A stretch of 64,000 nt of DNA from contig CAWKAR010000023.1 in NCBI GenBank assembly GCA_963847625.1, positions 25,290 to 89,289 of the forward strand, written 5' to 3'. The DNA is from a candidate division FCPU426 bacterium (GTDB lineage: Bacteria; Oederibacteriota; Muellerivitia; Muellerivitales; Muellerivitaceae). The translations under genes were made by a program, and so were the position numbers. Below are positions 41,223 through 51,939 of this stretch, piece after piece. How positions within the stretch are numbered: position 1 is the stretch's first letter; every line of letters starts with the position of its first letter. The notes beneath the pieces are model-generated. The model was not told where the DNA came from. It searched no databases and saw only the letters and a program-made list of their open reading frames with translations.

Positions 41223-41855
41223 GTGGAAGAGAAAAAAGTGCCTTTTAAAATACCCTCATCCGTACCCAACGCTAAGTTGAAGAAAGGTTTAAACACCTTA
41301 AATCGTTTGTGGAAAAGAGGTTTATTCCCAAAAGATTTAGAGCGTCATTATTTCCTTCATTGGTTTGTAGTTTATTCCGGAAATATCCTCAAGACAGCCG
41401 ACGCTCTTCAAATTCATCGAAACACCATTCAAGGACACTTTTTAACCCTTGGCTATTCGAAAAAATCCGTAAAACTCCGGCATGCCTGGCAAAAAATTAA
41501 AGTTAAATTTCCAAAATTTTCTTTTGAAAATAATTTTGCAAAGTTCTTTCAACAGTTCGGAAAAAATCCCCGTTTTTCCCCGGATGAAAACGCGGGACTT
41601 GTCGGTTTATGGCAAATCAAGTTTTCCTTCAAAACCTTGGTTCCCCATTATCTTCTCTGGGCGATACGGGCTGGAAAATCCCGGGAATGGGTCCAAAAAA
41701 AATTGGACTATTCCTACCGCCACAGGGCTAGACTTTTAAGTCAAGTTCTGAACACTAAGGCGCGGGATGGCTTTTGGCTTTCTTCCCTCAAGCCCACTTT
41801 CAGAGAAATTCATTCCCCTCGCTATCGGGCAAAGCTTCTTCAAAAAAGCCGTTAA
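41223..41855 (+). CDS. Hypothetical basic protein with a Fis-type HTH-like motif
   Basis: SGNILKTADALQIHRNTI; second HTH-like segment GKSREWVQKKLDYSYRH. Confidence 0.5.
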   Translation: MEEKKVPFKIPSSVPNAKLKKGLNTLNRLWKRGLFPKDLERHYFLHWFVVYSGNILKTADALQIHRNTIQGHFLTLGYSKKSVKLRHAWQKIKVKFPKFSFENNFAKFFQQFGKNPRFSPDENAGLVGLWQIKFSFKTLVPHYLLWAIRAGKSREWVQKKLDYSYRHRARLLSQVLNTKARDGFWLSSLKPTFREIHSPRYRAKLLQKSR

Positions 41856-41944
41856 TGATCTTTCCTTACAATTTTCCCTCGTTTTAATTCCATCCGGTTT
41901 CTTTTTCCATTTTTCCTGATTTTTTCCCAATGGCTAAAGTTGGA

Positions 41945-43981
41945 TCAAAGTGAAATTCGAGTCCCAAAATAAACTGAAAACCCAGGAGTGCCATAGCCGT
42001 AAATTTCTTCATAGGAAGTATTGAAGAGGTTATTGATTCGGCCGAATAACTTGAGATGCTTATCCAACTGGTAGGAAGCTACAAGGTTTACCAGCGCGTA
42101 AGCGGGCAATGCAATCGGTGTGGCTGTGTAGTTCACGAAGGATAAATCGGGCCGTTCTCCAACATAAAGTAAACTACACCCAAGATTGGCATCGCCCCAC
42201 TGGTAGGAAGTGCTGTAGTCCGCCTGGTTCTGGGGCCGCCGTTGAAGCTGTTGGCCGGTTTGAACGTCAAAAGCCCAAGTATAGGTATAGTCAGCTTTTA
42301 ATTCCAAATTTCGAATGGGTTTCGCGGAAGCAAAAGTTTCCCAACCTTCGGTTCGGGCATTACCGATATTGATATACCGGCCATAAGGTGGCGTTGCGCT
42401 GGACTCGAAGTCTATTAAATTGGAAAAGTCATTTTGAAAATAAGTCGCCCCGGCCTTGAGGTCGCCCCCCACAAAAGGTTGCTCAAACCCGGCATCCCAT
42501 CCCTCGCTCGTCTCGGCTTGCAAGCTGTTATTGCCGTAAGGGGAATAGAGCTGGTAAATCGAAGGGGCCTTGAAACCCGTGCCATAAGTAACATTCAACT
42601 TCGTCCCAAACTCGGGAACAAAATAAGCTACCGCGCCCCGGTAAGTGAGTTGACTACCAAAGGAACTGACGGCGTCTATCCGGCCACCCAAGGTGGCGAA
42701 AAGCCGGTTCAATAGGCCGGTTTGACTTTCGAGAAAATAACTTCCTGTGGTGGTTGTTTGATTAATAAAGGTAGGAGGGCCAATGATGGTCTGAGGGGGA
42801 CTTAAATATTCCGCGATGTACCCATAAGTGTCATCCTCCCGACCCCATTCCTTTTGGCCCTGAATTCCGGCTACCAGAGTTTCTCCTTTCCAAAGGTCGA
42901 TGTTATTCTGCCAATTTAACTGGGCGCTCTGGCCCTCAAAAGCCCCGCGCTCATAATGGGAATTGGGATAAGAACTGAAATCATCAGTATATTTTTGAAA
43001 ATCATCGGTATAGGAAATCCCCAAAACTTGTTCCCAACCGCTTCCCAAAAGATTCCATTTCATTTGGCTTCCCGTCACCCATTGGCGTTCATCGACGAAA
43101 TAATTCGGGTCGTCGCCATTAGCCCCACCTTGCGCGTCCACATTAGTGCGTGAATTGACAAAGCGCATGAAGATATTGTTATCAAAGTTACTTAAGTTAG
43201 AACGTGAGGAAAACCCGAAACGAAGGGAAGCAGTGGTGTTCCCATCCGCATTGTCAATGGTATTGCCGAAAGATTTATCCGCCGAGGGAAAACCCTGCGT
43301 GTCGAACCGGGAGACGGACAAGGCGATATTTCCAGCATCATTTCCCGCGGAAGCGCTAGCCGCCTCACGAAAGCTGTTATAGGCACCGCCTTCAAACAGG
43401 AACGAACCCTTAGGCGCTCCCTCTCCTTTTTGTGTGATGATATTCACCACACCTGCCGTGGCATTGGTGCCGTAGAGGGTGCTTAAGGGCCCCCGAAGCA
43501 CTTCCATTTGGTTGATGTCGTCCACGTAAAGCTGGTCGAAATCGCTAAACGCGCGGTCGGTCGAGATAGGGTTATTCAGAGGAACGCCGTTCAAAAGAAC
43601 GAGCGTGTGGCCCGCATCGGCGCCGCGTACGAAAATGCCGGAGATCTCTCCTGCCGCACCATTTTGCAAAAGGGTTAATCCCGGTACCCCCTGCAGGGCG
43701 CTCAAAGCGGTATCAGCCTGCTTTTGCTCAATGTCTTTGGACGTAATCACCGACATGGAATTGGCCACCTGGCTGAGAGGCATATCCACGCGGTTGGCGG
43801 TCACGACCACTTCCGGCAATGTGATCGGGGGCTGCTCCGGGGATAAATAGACATTGGATTTAGCGGCCAGTGTGTTGGTGGAAGGTTCCAGAAGGGGAGG
43901 ATCCGCCCAAAGAAAAGCGGGAATGATCAGGAAAACAAGGCCAAAAAGATAACCTGGCATCCGCCAAAAAGTCCTTTGCAT
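41945..43981 (-). CDS. btuB: TonB-dependent receptor, BtuB-like (cobalamin)
   Basis: EVVVTANR TonB box, LRGP.STLYG...GVVNIIT plug, NNLFN..YE; riboswitch upstream. Confidence 0.85.
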   Translation of the reverse strand: MQRTFWRMPGYLFGLVFLIIPAFLWADPPLLEPSTNTLAAKSNVYLSPEQPPITLPEVVVTANRVDMPLSQVANSMSVITSKDIEQKQADTALSALQGVPGLTLLQNGAAGEISGIFVRGADAGHTLVLLNGVPLNNPISTDRAFSDFDQLYVDDINQMEVLRGPLSTLYGTNATAGVVNIITQKGEGAPKGSFLFEGGAYNSFREAASASAGNDAGNIALSVSRFDTQGFPSADKSFGNTIDNADGNTTASLRFGFSSRSNLSNFDNNIFMRFVNSRTNVDAQGGANGDDPNYFVDERQWVTGSQMKWNLLGSGWEQVLGISYTDDFQKYTDDFSSYPNSHYERGAFEGQSAQLNWQNNIDLWKGETLVAGIQGQKEWGREDDTYGYIAEYLSPPQTIIGPPTFINQTTTTGSYFLESQTGLLNRLFATLGGRIDAVSSFGSQLTYRGAVAYFVPEFGTKLNVTYGTGFKAPSIYQLYSPYGNNSLQAETSEGWDAGFEQPFVGGDLKAGATYFQNDFSNLIDFESSATPPYGRYINIGNARTEGWETFASAKPIRNLELKADYTYTWAFDVQTGQQLQRRPQNQADYSTSYQWGDANLGCSLLYVGERPDLSFVNYTATPIALPAYALVNLVASYQLDKHLKLFGRINNLFNTSYEEIYGYGTPGFSVYFGTRISL

Positions 43982-44087
43982 ACGCCTACTCCCGAGGCCG
44001 AGGACTTCAAAGGAAGGAAAGGGAGGAAAACCGGAAGGAAGGTTTTTTCTCCGCTTCTTATTCCCGAAGAAGCCGTCGAAAATTTAT

Positions 44088-44225
44088 CTCAAGGCCGGTC
44101 TCCTGGCTATGGGGCAACCTTCCGGGCCTTCCCGTCTATTAAGACAGTGGCTTACGGAAGAAAACTAGGCCCCTTACAGTGGCGGGTCCGCATCGGTTTT
44201 TCACCGATTTCCCGAGCACCTTGAG
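44088..44225 (-). ncRNA. Cobalamin riboswitch
   Basis: Minus strand CTCAAGG...GGGAAATCGGTGAAAAACCGATGCGGACCCGCCACTGT...GCCACTG...GGGAAGGC...AGCCAGGAGACC...CCTTGAG. Confidence 0.92.
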
Positions 44226-44324
44226 TTATGGAATGTAATTACTCTTCCTCCTGGGAAAAGTCAATTAATAAAATAAATCGAAGATCCAAGATAAATTTTT
44301 ATCATCTATATCGAAGAAACGTTT

Positions 44325-45218
44325 TTAATTCCTATCCATCTTATTGAATAAACCGGAAAGATATTCCACTAGTCCCGCAAGGGTGGGACCAGGAATGAGA
44401 TAATCGTCCCGGGTCAGGATAAAAACATGGCCCTGTTGCACCGCTTTCAATGTCGGGAATTTCTTCCAGGATTCCTTCTCCGCTTCAAGTTGTTTGGGAT
44501 TTGCCTCGCTTGAGGGAATGGAATCAATGATGATATTCGGATCCCGTTTTATCAGTTGTTCCTTGGAGACCATGGGATAGGCCCCTGTCGCGTCCGAGAG
44601 AATATTTTTTCCCCCCGCCCAGGTGATCACCTCATCCACGAAAGTCCCTGACCCGGCGCCATAAAGTTGATCCAAGGTTCCCGGGTTGCGGCCAATAATA
44701 AAAAGGACTGAAATAGGCTTGTGACCTAAAGATTCCCGTTTAGCCCGCGCCAGCCTACGCTCCAACCGCCTTCTAGCGCGGTCCGCCTCTTTCTCTTTCC
44801 CTAATGCCTTCCCAAGGACCTGATAAGCGTCCAGGACATCCCGGACCTTCTGGCAGTCCAATACCAGAACCGGAAGATGAAGTTTTCGGAGGTGTTCAAC
44901 GGTTTGACCGTGGAATTTCAAGGCCAGAATCAGATCCGGCTTCAGCGAAAGAATCATCTCATAATTCGGGTTAATCCAACCCCCAATTGGGGTTTTTAAC
45001 CGGGCCTCCGGGGGAAATTTGCAATAGTCGGTTACGCCAATTAACTGTCCATCCGCTCCAATGTCATACACGATCTCAGTGAGATTAGGCGCCATTGATA
45101 TGACACGGTGGTAAACCGGGGTGGCTTCTTGTGCCTGAAGACGATTTCCAGTTATTAAAAGTGAAAAAGTAAACAGGAAGATACTTTTAATACGCTGATA
45201 TCTCGGTTGAAAAAACAT
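44325..45218 (-). CDS. btuF: Cobalamin ABC transporter substrate-binding protein (BtuF-like)
   Basis: RVISMAPNLTEIV, GVTDYCKFP, PNYE.I..LKPDL. Confidence 0.8.
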   Translation of the reverse strand: MFFQPRYQRIKSIFLFTFSLLITGNRLQAQEATPVYHRVISMAPNLTEIVYDIGADGQLIGVTDYCKFPPEARLKTPIGGWINPNYEMILSLKPDLILALKFHGQTVEHLRKLHLPVLVLDCQKVRDVLDAYQVLGKALGKEKEADRARRRLERRLARAKRESLGHKPISVLFIIGRNPGTLDQLYGAGSGTFVDEVITWAGGKNILSDATGAYPMVSKEQLIKRDPNIIIDSIPSSEANPKQLEAEKESWKKFPTLKAVQQGHVFILTRDDYLIPGPTLAGLVEYLSGLFNKMDRN

Positions 45219-45254
45219 ATTTTTAAATCCTGCCCTTTAATCCTCGAGGAATAA

Positions 45255-46268
45255 TTAGGAGGAGAGGTAATTCTTTCTTCGGAACAGCAACCAAAGCAAT
45301 ACTGGAACTCCCAACAATGCCGTTAAAATACCAACCGGAAGTTCAACCGGACCGAAAAAGGAACGGGCCACCGTATCGCAAATCATAAGGAAAGCCGCGC
45401 CCCCCAACGCGCTTAGGGGAAGAAGAAACCTGTGGTCGTTTCCTATTAAAAGCCTGTAAATATGGGGAATAATGAGCCCCACGAAGGCAATGGGGCCGGT
45501 CAGGGCCACTACCATGCTGGTCATCAAGGAAGCGGTTACGATGGAAAGAGCGATGACCCTGGAAGTATGGACCCCCTTGACCTTGGCCAGTTCTTCCCCC
45601 GCTGAAAGCAAGTTCAGTTCCCGCCCCAGCCAAGACAATAAAAAGAACCCCAACGCGATCCCCATCGCCAGTTTTTCCACTGTCACCATGTCGATCACAT
45701 CCAGGCTTCCGATCATCCAATGAATCATGGCGTAGGATTGGGTAAAGTCCGCGATGTAATACGCCAAAAGCACCAGTGCATTGAAGAAAAAACTGATCGC
45801 TATACCCGCCAGCAAGAGCGTGGTGGCTGAAAAAGAATTCAGGAATGTGGCCAACAGGTAGACCAGAACAAGGGAAAGAAGGGCTCCTAAAAAAGAAAAT
45901 AGGGTCACGCATGAAAAACCATGATAGGCAACCGTAAGGCCAAGCAACATGGCCAAGGCCGCTCCAAAGGAACTCCCCCCCGCCACTCCCAGCGTAAAGG
46001 GGCAAGCCAACGGATTCCTCAAGACAGCTTGAAAAACCACCCCCGCCAGGGCCATGGACGCGCCGGTTAACGCGGCTAGGAAGTTCCGGGGAAGTCGAAC
46101 ATTGAAAAAAATCTGGGCGTCCTGGTTACTGGATACCGGCGAGAGAGATTTAAAAACCATGTCATAGGATATGTGGGTGGGTCCAATAAAAGGACAACTT
46201 ACCAATACCACTAAAAATAGAAGGATTGTTCCAATCAAGACAAGAATTTTAGTGGAGGCGCTTTTCAT
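45255..46268 (-). CDS. FecCD/BtuC-family ABC permease
   Basis: RLPR, RNPLA.P..LGV, GPIAFVGLIIPH, ELPVG. Confidence 0.9.
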   Translation of the reverse strand: MKSASTKILVLIGTILLFLVVLVSCPFIGPTHISYDMVFKSLSPVSSNQDAQIFFNVRLPRNFLAALTGASMALAGVVFQAVLRNPLACPFTLGVAGGSSFGAALAMLLGLTVAYHGFSCVTLFSFLGALLSLVLVYLLATFLNSFSATTLLLAGIAISFFFNALVLLAYYIADFTQSYAMIHWMIGSLDVIDMVTVEKLAMGIALGFFLLSWLGRELNLLSAGEELAKVKGVHTSRVIALSIVTASLMTSMVVALTGPIAFVGLIIPHIYRLLIGNDHRFLLPLSALGGAAFLMICDTVARSFFGPVELPVGILTALLGVPVLLWLLFRRKNYLSS

Positions 46269-46272
46269 CGCG

Positions 46273-47058
46273 TTACTCCCCCTTCTTCGGGACAAAATAA
46301 GGAAATTCACCCTTGTGGCCAATCTTTTCCACGTCTACGTTTAATATCCTTTTAATATTTAAGGAAGATAAAACCCTCCTGGGAACCCCATCGGCCTCCA
46401 CATAACCGGACTTCACCAAGATCAACCGTTTTAAAAATCTTCCCGCCAGGTTCAACTCGTGGGTGGCCACCACCACAGTCAGGTTCTCTTCCCGATGCAG
46501 CTTTTGAATAATCTTGAAAAAGAGGATTTGATGTGAAAGGTCCAAGGAAAGGGTAGGCTCATCCAATAAAAGAATCTCGGGGGTTTGAGCGAGGGCCGAA
46601 GCCAACAGGATACGCTGTTTCTCACCCCCGGAAAGTTCATCATAGGCACGGCCTTTAAATTCCAAAGCATCGCAAAGTCCAAGGGCTTTATCGCAAATGG
46701 CCCGGTCTTCCTGGCCCATGGGCTGGAACCGGCCCAAGTAAGGATGCCTTCCCATCTCCACCACCTCCCAAACACTTAAAGGAAAAGTGAAGTGAGTGGC
46801 TTGTGGGACGTAAGCCATTTTTTTGCCGCGCACTCGGAAAGGTATTTCCCGAAGTGGTTTCCCATTGAATAAAACCTGGCCCTCCACGGGTAAAAGAAGC
46901 CCAACCATGAGTTTCAGCAGAGTTGATTTTCCAGCACCGTTGGAACCCAGCAGACCGACTAATTCCCCTTTTTGAATGGAAAGATCGGTTGGATGGAGTT
47001 GAAATTTAGAATGAGCTGGATAGTAGAATGAAACATTTTGAGTCTCAACTAAAGACAT
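46273..47058 (-). CDS. BtuD/FepC-family ABC ATPase
   Basis: GSNGAGKST, LSGGEKQR, LLLDEPT, HELNLA. Confidence 0.9.
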   Translation of the reverse strand: MSLVETQNVSFYYPAHSKFQLHPTDLSIQKGELVGLLGSNGAGKSTLLKLMVGLLLPVEGQVLFNGKPLREIPFRVRGKKMAYVPQATHFTFPLSVWEVVEMGRHPYLGRFQPMGQEDRAICDKALGLCDALEFKGRAYDELSGGEKQRILLASALAQTPEILLLDEPTLSLDLSHQILFFKIIQKLHREENLTVVVATHELNLAGRFLKRLILVKSGYVEADGVPRRVLSSLNIKRILNVDVEKIGHKGEFPYFVPKKGE

Positions 47059-47339
47059 GGGTTTCCCGGGTAATTCAAGAATTAAAACAGAAGCCAGTTT
47101 AAGAAGGTTTCTGAAAAGCGTCAACGTTCTGCAATAAACCCGGTCAGATTTAAGCGTGGTGGAAAGTCTATCCTGAAATGGGCGGAAACAATGAAAAGGC
47201 AATATCTTATTTTTTTCCAGTTCACCGCCAAATTAAAACGTTGCGCAAAAAACAAAGGATTCCCAATTCGTCGATTCTTTTCTTGAACCCGGTTTATCCC
47301 AGGTTTAGTCTATCTATTCATCCCGACGCAGGAGGTTCT

Positions 47340-48680
47340 ATGGACGCACTTTCCCTCGCCCGCGCGCAGTTCGGCTTGACGATCGCGTTTCATTACATAT
47401 TTCCCCCCTTGAGTATCGGTCTTTCCCTCATCCTCGTTATCCTGGAAAGTACTTTCTTTTTTTCCAAGAAAACCCTCTTCCTTGAAATGGCCAAGTTTTG
47501 GACCAGGATTTTCGGGCTTATTTTCTCCCTTGGGGTCGCCACCGGCGTCGTAATGGAGTTCCAATTCGGTACTAACTGGTCCACCTATTCCCGTTTCGTG
47601 GGTGACGTTTTCGGTAGCGCCTTGGCAGCAGAGGGGGTTTTCGCCTTTTTCTTGGAGTCGGGTTTCTTTGCTCTGCTTCTCTTCGGATGGAACAAGATCA
47701 GCCGTGGGATGCACCTTTTTTCCACCCTCATGGTTTGCCTGGGGGCCCATTTCAGCGCCATCTGGATCGTGGTGGCTAATTCCTGGCAACAAACACCCGC
47801 AGGCTTCCACTTGGTGGGAGAAGAGGCCTCCGTCCGGGCGGAAATTACCGACTTTTGGGGCCTGGTCCTGAATCCTTCCTCCCTGGATCGGATTTTCCAT
47901 GTTTTTATGGGCGCCTGGCAGGCCGGAGCTTTTGCGGTTTTAAGCGTTTGCGCTTATTACCTTTTAAAGAAAAAGAATGAAGCCTTCGCTAAATCTTGTA
48001 TGAATATTGCCTTGTTGGTAGCGGCTGGGGCTTCCTTGCTCCAACTGGTCTCGGGCCATCATAGCGCAAAATTAGTTGCCGCCTACCAACCGGCGAAATT
48101 GGCGGCTTATGAGGGGCATTACGACGCTCTCTCTCCCGCGCCCGCTTATCTCTTCGGGTGGGTGAACGATGAAAAAGAGCAAACCAATGGTCTGGCGATT
48201 CCGGGGCTTTTGAGTTATCTCGTCACCGGTGATTTCAACGCTCCTGTTACAGGATTGAAATCATTCGCCCCCGATAAAAGACCCCCCGTCAATTTCGTTT
48301 TCCAAACCTACCATTTAATGGTGGCCATCGGGATTGCCCTGATCCTCCTGGCTTGGGGCGGGCTTCTACTTTGGTGGCGGGGCCGGCTTTACGATACCCG
48401 ATGGTATTTAACTCTATTAGTCTGGTCGGTTCTTTTGCCCCAGGCCGCAAACCAGTTGGGTTGGTTTTCCGCCGAAGTGGGCCGCCAACCCTATATCGTT
48501 TACAACCTCATGAGGACATCCGAGGGCCTTTCCAAAATAGTCAAACCGATTGAAATTGAGACGTCCCTCATTCTTTTTTCATTCATTTACCTACTTTTAT
48601 TCATCCTCTTCATCTATCTCCTGAACGATAAAATCCAAAGCGGCCTCTACATGAAGGTCGAGGAAGGACATCGCGCATGA
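47340..48680 (+). CDS. cydA: Cytochrome bd ubiquinol oxidase subunit I
   Basis: FHYIF, EFQFGTNW, QPAKLAAYEG, GRQPY; GGAGG RBS. Confidence 0.96.
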   Translation: MDALSLARAQFGLTIAFHYIFPPLSIGLSLILVILESTFFFSKKTLFLEMAKFWTRIFGLIFSLGVATGVVMEFQFGTNWSTYSRFVGDVFGSALAAEGVFAFFLESGFFALLLFGWNKISRGMHLFSTLMVCLGAHFSAIWIVVANSWQQTPAGFHLVGEEASVRAEITDFWGLVLNPSSLDRIFHVFMGAWQAGAFAVLSVCAYYLLKKKNEAFAKSCMNIALLVAAGASLLQLVSGHHSAKLVAAYQPAKLAAYEGHYDALSPAPAYLFGWVNDEKEQTNGLAIPGLLSYLVTGDFNAPVTGLKSFAPDKRPPVNFVFQTYHLMVAIGIALILLAWGGLLLWWRGRLYDTRWYLTLLVWSVLLPQAANQLGWFSAEVGRQPYIVYNLMRTSEGLSKIVKPIEIETSLILFSFIYLLLFILFIYLLNDKIQSGLYMKVEEGHRA

Positions 48681-49699
48681 ACTGCGATTGGCAGACACTT
48701 TGGTTCATTCTGGTGGGGGTTCTTTTCACAGGTTACGCGGTTTTAGACGGATTCGATTTGGGAGTGGGCGCCTTGCATCTTTTCGTGAAGGAAGACCGGG
48801 ACCGGCGCATTTTCTTCAACGCGATCGGCCCCATTTGGGATGGGAACGAAGTTTGGTTGGTCACGGGAGGCGGCGCCCTCTTCGCCGCGTTTCCCGAGGT
48901 TTATGCCACCGTCTTCTCCGGTTTTTACTTGGCTTTCATGTTGCTTCTGGTGGCCCTCATTTTTCGCGCGGTGGCCATTGAATTCAGGGGCAAACTTTCC
49001 ATCCCCGCGTGGAGGAATTTTTGGGACATTTCCTTCAGCCTCTCCAGTATCACTTCGAGCCTGCTGGTGGGGATTGCCATGGGAAACATCGCGTGGGGCA
49101 TTCCCTTGGGCACTGACCGCGAATATGCAGGCACCTTCCTGGGCCTGTTAAAACCATATCCCTTATTATTGGGAGTTACAACGTTGGCCTTATTCGTCAT
49201 GCATGGTTCCATTTATCTTGTCCTGAAAACCGAGGGCCCTCTCCAGGAGCGGTTGAAAGGCTGGATTAAAAACGTCATGATCTTCTTTATCCTTTGTTAC
49301 GTGGTCACGACCATGACGACCTTGTTTTATGTTCCCCATATGATAGAAACCATCCGCAGTCATCCTTCTCTCTTCGCTATTCCGCTTGTATGCGTCCTGG
49401 CTATCGCAAACATACCCCGTAACGTCATCAAAGGTTTGGGCTTCAGGGCTTTCCTTTCTTCCTGTGCCGCGCTGGTTAGTCTGATGGCTCTTTTCGGGAT
49501 CGGCATGTACCCTAACCTTGTTTTTTCAAATCCTTCTCCCGAGAACAGCTTGACGATTTACAACGCAGCTTCCTCCATCAAGACCCTCAAAATCATGACA
49601 TTCATAGCGGCCGTGGGCATGCCCCTCGTGATTGCTTACACCACGAGTATTTACTGGGTCTTTAGGGGAAAGGTAAAACTGGATTCGCTCAGCTACTAA
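48677..49699 (+). CDS. cydB: Cytochrome bd ubiquinol oxidase subunit II
   Basis: LDGFDLGVG, GPIWDGNEVWL, YWVFRGKV. Confidence 0.96.
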   Translation: MNCDWQTLWFILVGVLFTGYAVLDGFDLGVGALHLFVKEDRDRRIFFNAIGPIWDGNEVWLVTGGGALFAAFPEVYATVFSGFYLAFMLLLVALIFRAVAIEFRGKLSIPAWRNFWDISFSLSSITSSLLVGIAMGNIAWGIPLGTDREYAGTFLGLLKPYPLLLGVTTLALFVMHGSIYLVLKTEGPLQERLKGWIKNVMIFFILCYVVTTMTTLFYVPHMIETIRSHPSLFAIPLVCVLAIANIPRNVIKGLGFRAFLSSCAALVSLMALFGIGMYPNLVFSNPSPENSLTIYNAASSIKTLKIMTFIAAVGMPLVIAYTTSIYWVFRGKVKLDSLSY

Positions 49700-50059
49700 A
49701 TCATTCTTCCTTTGGAATTTCCAAAAACATCGCGCATTATTTCAAGAAGAGGAAATAAAAAAATGTCAAGTCTTTCATTCCCCAACCGAAACAATTTTTT
49801 TCCCCGCGAAGGTTTAAATAAAAAAATATTTTTTTATTGCTACCGAAAACATTCCTCAAGGGTGTTATAAAGGCCTTGAAACAAAAGATTTCATCCCCTT
49901 AAATATTTTTTTCCTTTTACTTAAAATTTTCTTGACTTAAATTGAAAAAGTTTTAAAAGGATTAATGCAAGTTAATTTCTTGAAAACTTTTCTTTTTTTA
50001 GTTTTCAATTCATTTTGAATTGATTCAAAGGAATTTTTGTCCGGGAGTTTTTTGGGAAT

Positions 50060-50345
50060 GATGTGAATCACGGTGGATATGTTGTGAACAGATTTCGTTC
50101 TTGTTTATAAAACACCGTAAGTAGTGTTTGTTTTGGGTTGATTAGAAGTGTCAAAATTAGATGCATTAAAATTTGTCGCTGGAAAGAACTTTCAGCTTTT
50201 AGAGTTTCGTTGATTAATAAGGAATATTGGTTCTTAAAGTTATCCACAGCTCTGTATACAAATGTGGATAAGTGTTGTATTCCAGGCAAAAATAGATTAA
50301 ATAATTTCGCTTTCTATATATGGGGATAAACAGGGGATAATTCCT
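50060..50345. other. oriC part 1: DnaA-box cluster upstream of dnaA
   Basis: TTATCCACA 50240-50248, TGTGGATAA 50263-50271, TGGGGATAA 50321-50329, AGGGGATAA 50332-50340 in AT-rich DNA. Confidence 0.75.
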
Positions 50346-50413
50346 TTGAGGTATCGCTTTTACCCTATTTTTATGGGTTTTTTTACGTGTTTTATCTCAT
50401 GGGAGGTTTGTGG

Positions 50414-51832
50414 ATGACTGTTTATCTGGATATCTGGGATCGTTGCCTGGAAAACCTTAAAAATGAGTTAAATCGCCAAAGTTTTGAGACTTGGTTCAAA
50501 CCGACAAAAGCTTCCATCTTAAATGACAGTAATATTATTAGTGTTCAAGTTCCTAATGAGTTTTATCGGGATTGGATCCGCGACCATTACCAACCTCAGA
50601 TTCAAAAAGCATTAAAAACCATCTATCCAGAGCAATTGGAAATTCAATTTGTCGTTGAAACCCCCAATAATTGGGTGAAACCAAAGACCGAACCTTCCAG
50701 TAACGTTTTGACTGACAAATCAGAAGTCCCAAACACCGTAGAAGTAGTCCAAAAACCTCTTTTAACCATGCCGACGACTGGCAAGAGCTCTTCCGATGCG
50801 GAATTTATTCTTAATTCAAGATTTAATTTTGAGAGTTTCGTAGTTGGAAACAGTAATCGTTTCGCTCATGCCGCCTGTCTAGCTGTAGCGGAATCTCCTG
50901 CCAGGTCCTACAATCCCTTGTTTATTTATGGGGGCGTTGGTTTGGGAAAAACCCACTTATTGCAAGCCATCGGCAATTTTGTCATGGAACAAAATCCCAA
51001 TATCAAAGTTCTCTATATTTCATCCGAGAAATTCATGAATGATTTCATCCAATCCATTCAATCGGGCCGGCAACAGGATTTCCGCAATAAATACAGAACA
51101 ATAGATGTACTTTTAATCGACGATATCCAATTTTGGGAAGGAAAGGATGCCACCCAAGAGGAGTTCTTTCATACATTCAATGTTTTATATGAAGCTCAAA
51201 AACAAATTGTGGCAACCTCGGACAGCCATCCCAAGGAAATTAAGCTGGAAGAGAGGCTTAAAAACCGTTTTGAAATGGGATTAATCACCGACATTCAAGA
51301 GCCGGATTTAGAGACCCGCATCGCCATCCTCCGAAAAAAAGCCGCGAGCGAAGGAATTTTGGTTCCTAATGAAGTAACTGTCTTCATTGCCAACCACGCC
51401 AAGGCCAATATTCGTGAATTGGAAGGTTCCATGCTTCGGGTGATCGCCTTCGCCTCTCTCACCCGCCAGGAAATAACCTTGGAGATGGTGAAGGAAATCC
51501 TCAAGGACACTTTTCCAAGGGAAGAAAAAAGAATATCTGTGGAAGCTATTCAACGGGTGGTTGCGGAGCGTTATAACTGTAAATATTCTGATATGAAATC
51601 AAAAAAACGCACAAAACAAATTGCTTTTCCCAGGCAAATCGCCATGTTTCTTTCAAGGGAATTGACGGCCCATTCTTTGACTGAAATAGGCGCCGCTTTC
51701 GGGGGCAAGGATCACACGACCATTATTCATGCCTATGAGAAAATCGAGGAAATGCTTCTATCCGACCTCACCTTGTTGTCTGAAACCAACAGCCTGAAAA
51801 AACAACTGACGGAAGGCGACTACTCCTTATAA
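50414..51832 (+). CDS. dnaA: Chromosomal replication initiator DnaA
   Basis: YNPLFIYGGVGLGKTHL, LLIDDIQF, NIRELEG, FGGKDHTT. Confidence 0.98.
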   Translation: MTVYLDIWDRCLENLKNELNRQSFETWFKPTKASILNDSNIISVQVPNEFYRDWIRDHYQPQIQKALKTIYPEQLEIQFVVETPNNWVKPKTEPSSNVLTDKSEVPNTVEVVQKPLLTMPTTGKSSSDAEFILNSRFNFESFVVGNSNRFAHAACLAVAESPARSYNPLFIYGGVGLGKTHLLQAIGNFVMEQNPNIKVLYISSEKFMNDFIQSIQSGRQQDFRNKYRTIDVLLIDDIQFWEGKDATQEEFFHTFNVLYEAQKQIVATSDSHPKEIKLEERLKNRFEMGLITDIQEPDLETRIAILRKKAASEGILVPNEVTVFIANHAKANIRELEGSMLRVIAFASLTRQEITLEMVKEILKDTFPREEKRISVEAIQRVVAERYNCKYSDMKSKKRTKQIAFPRQIAMFLSRELTAHSLTEIGAAFGGKDHTTIIHAYEKIEEMLLSDLTLLSETNSLKKQLTEGDYSL

Positions 51833-51939
51833 TTCTTGAATCTTCAAAATGTTCCCTTCTTCATCCAAAAATATTTCTTTTTTCGAAACATATTTTTCAC
51901 CGCGATTCCGAGAGGGTACTCGGGCGCTGGTTACTCTTA

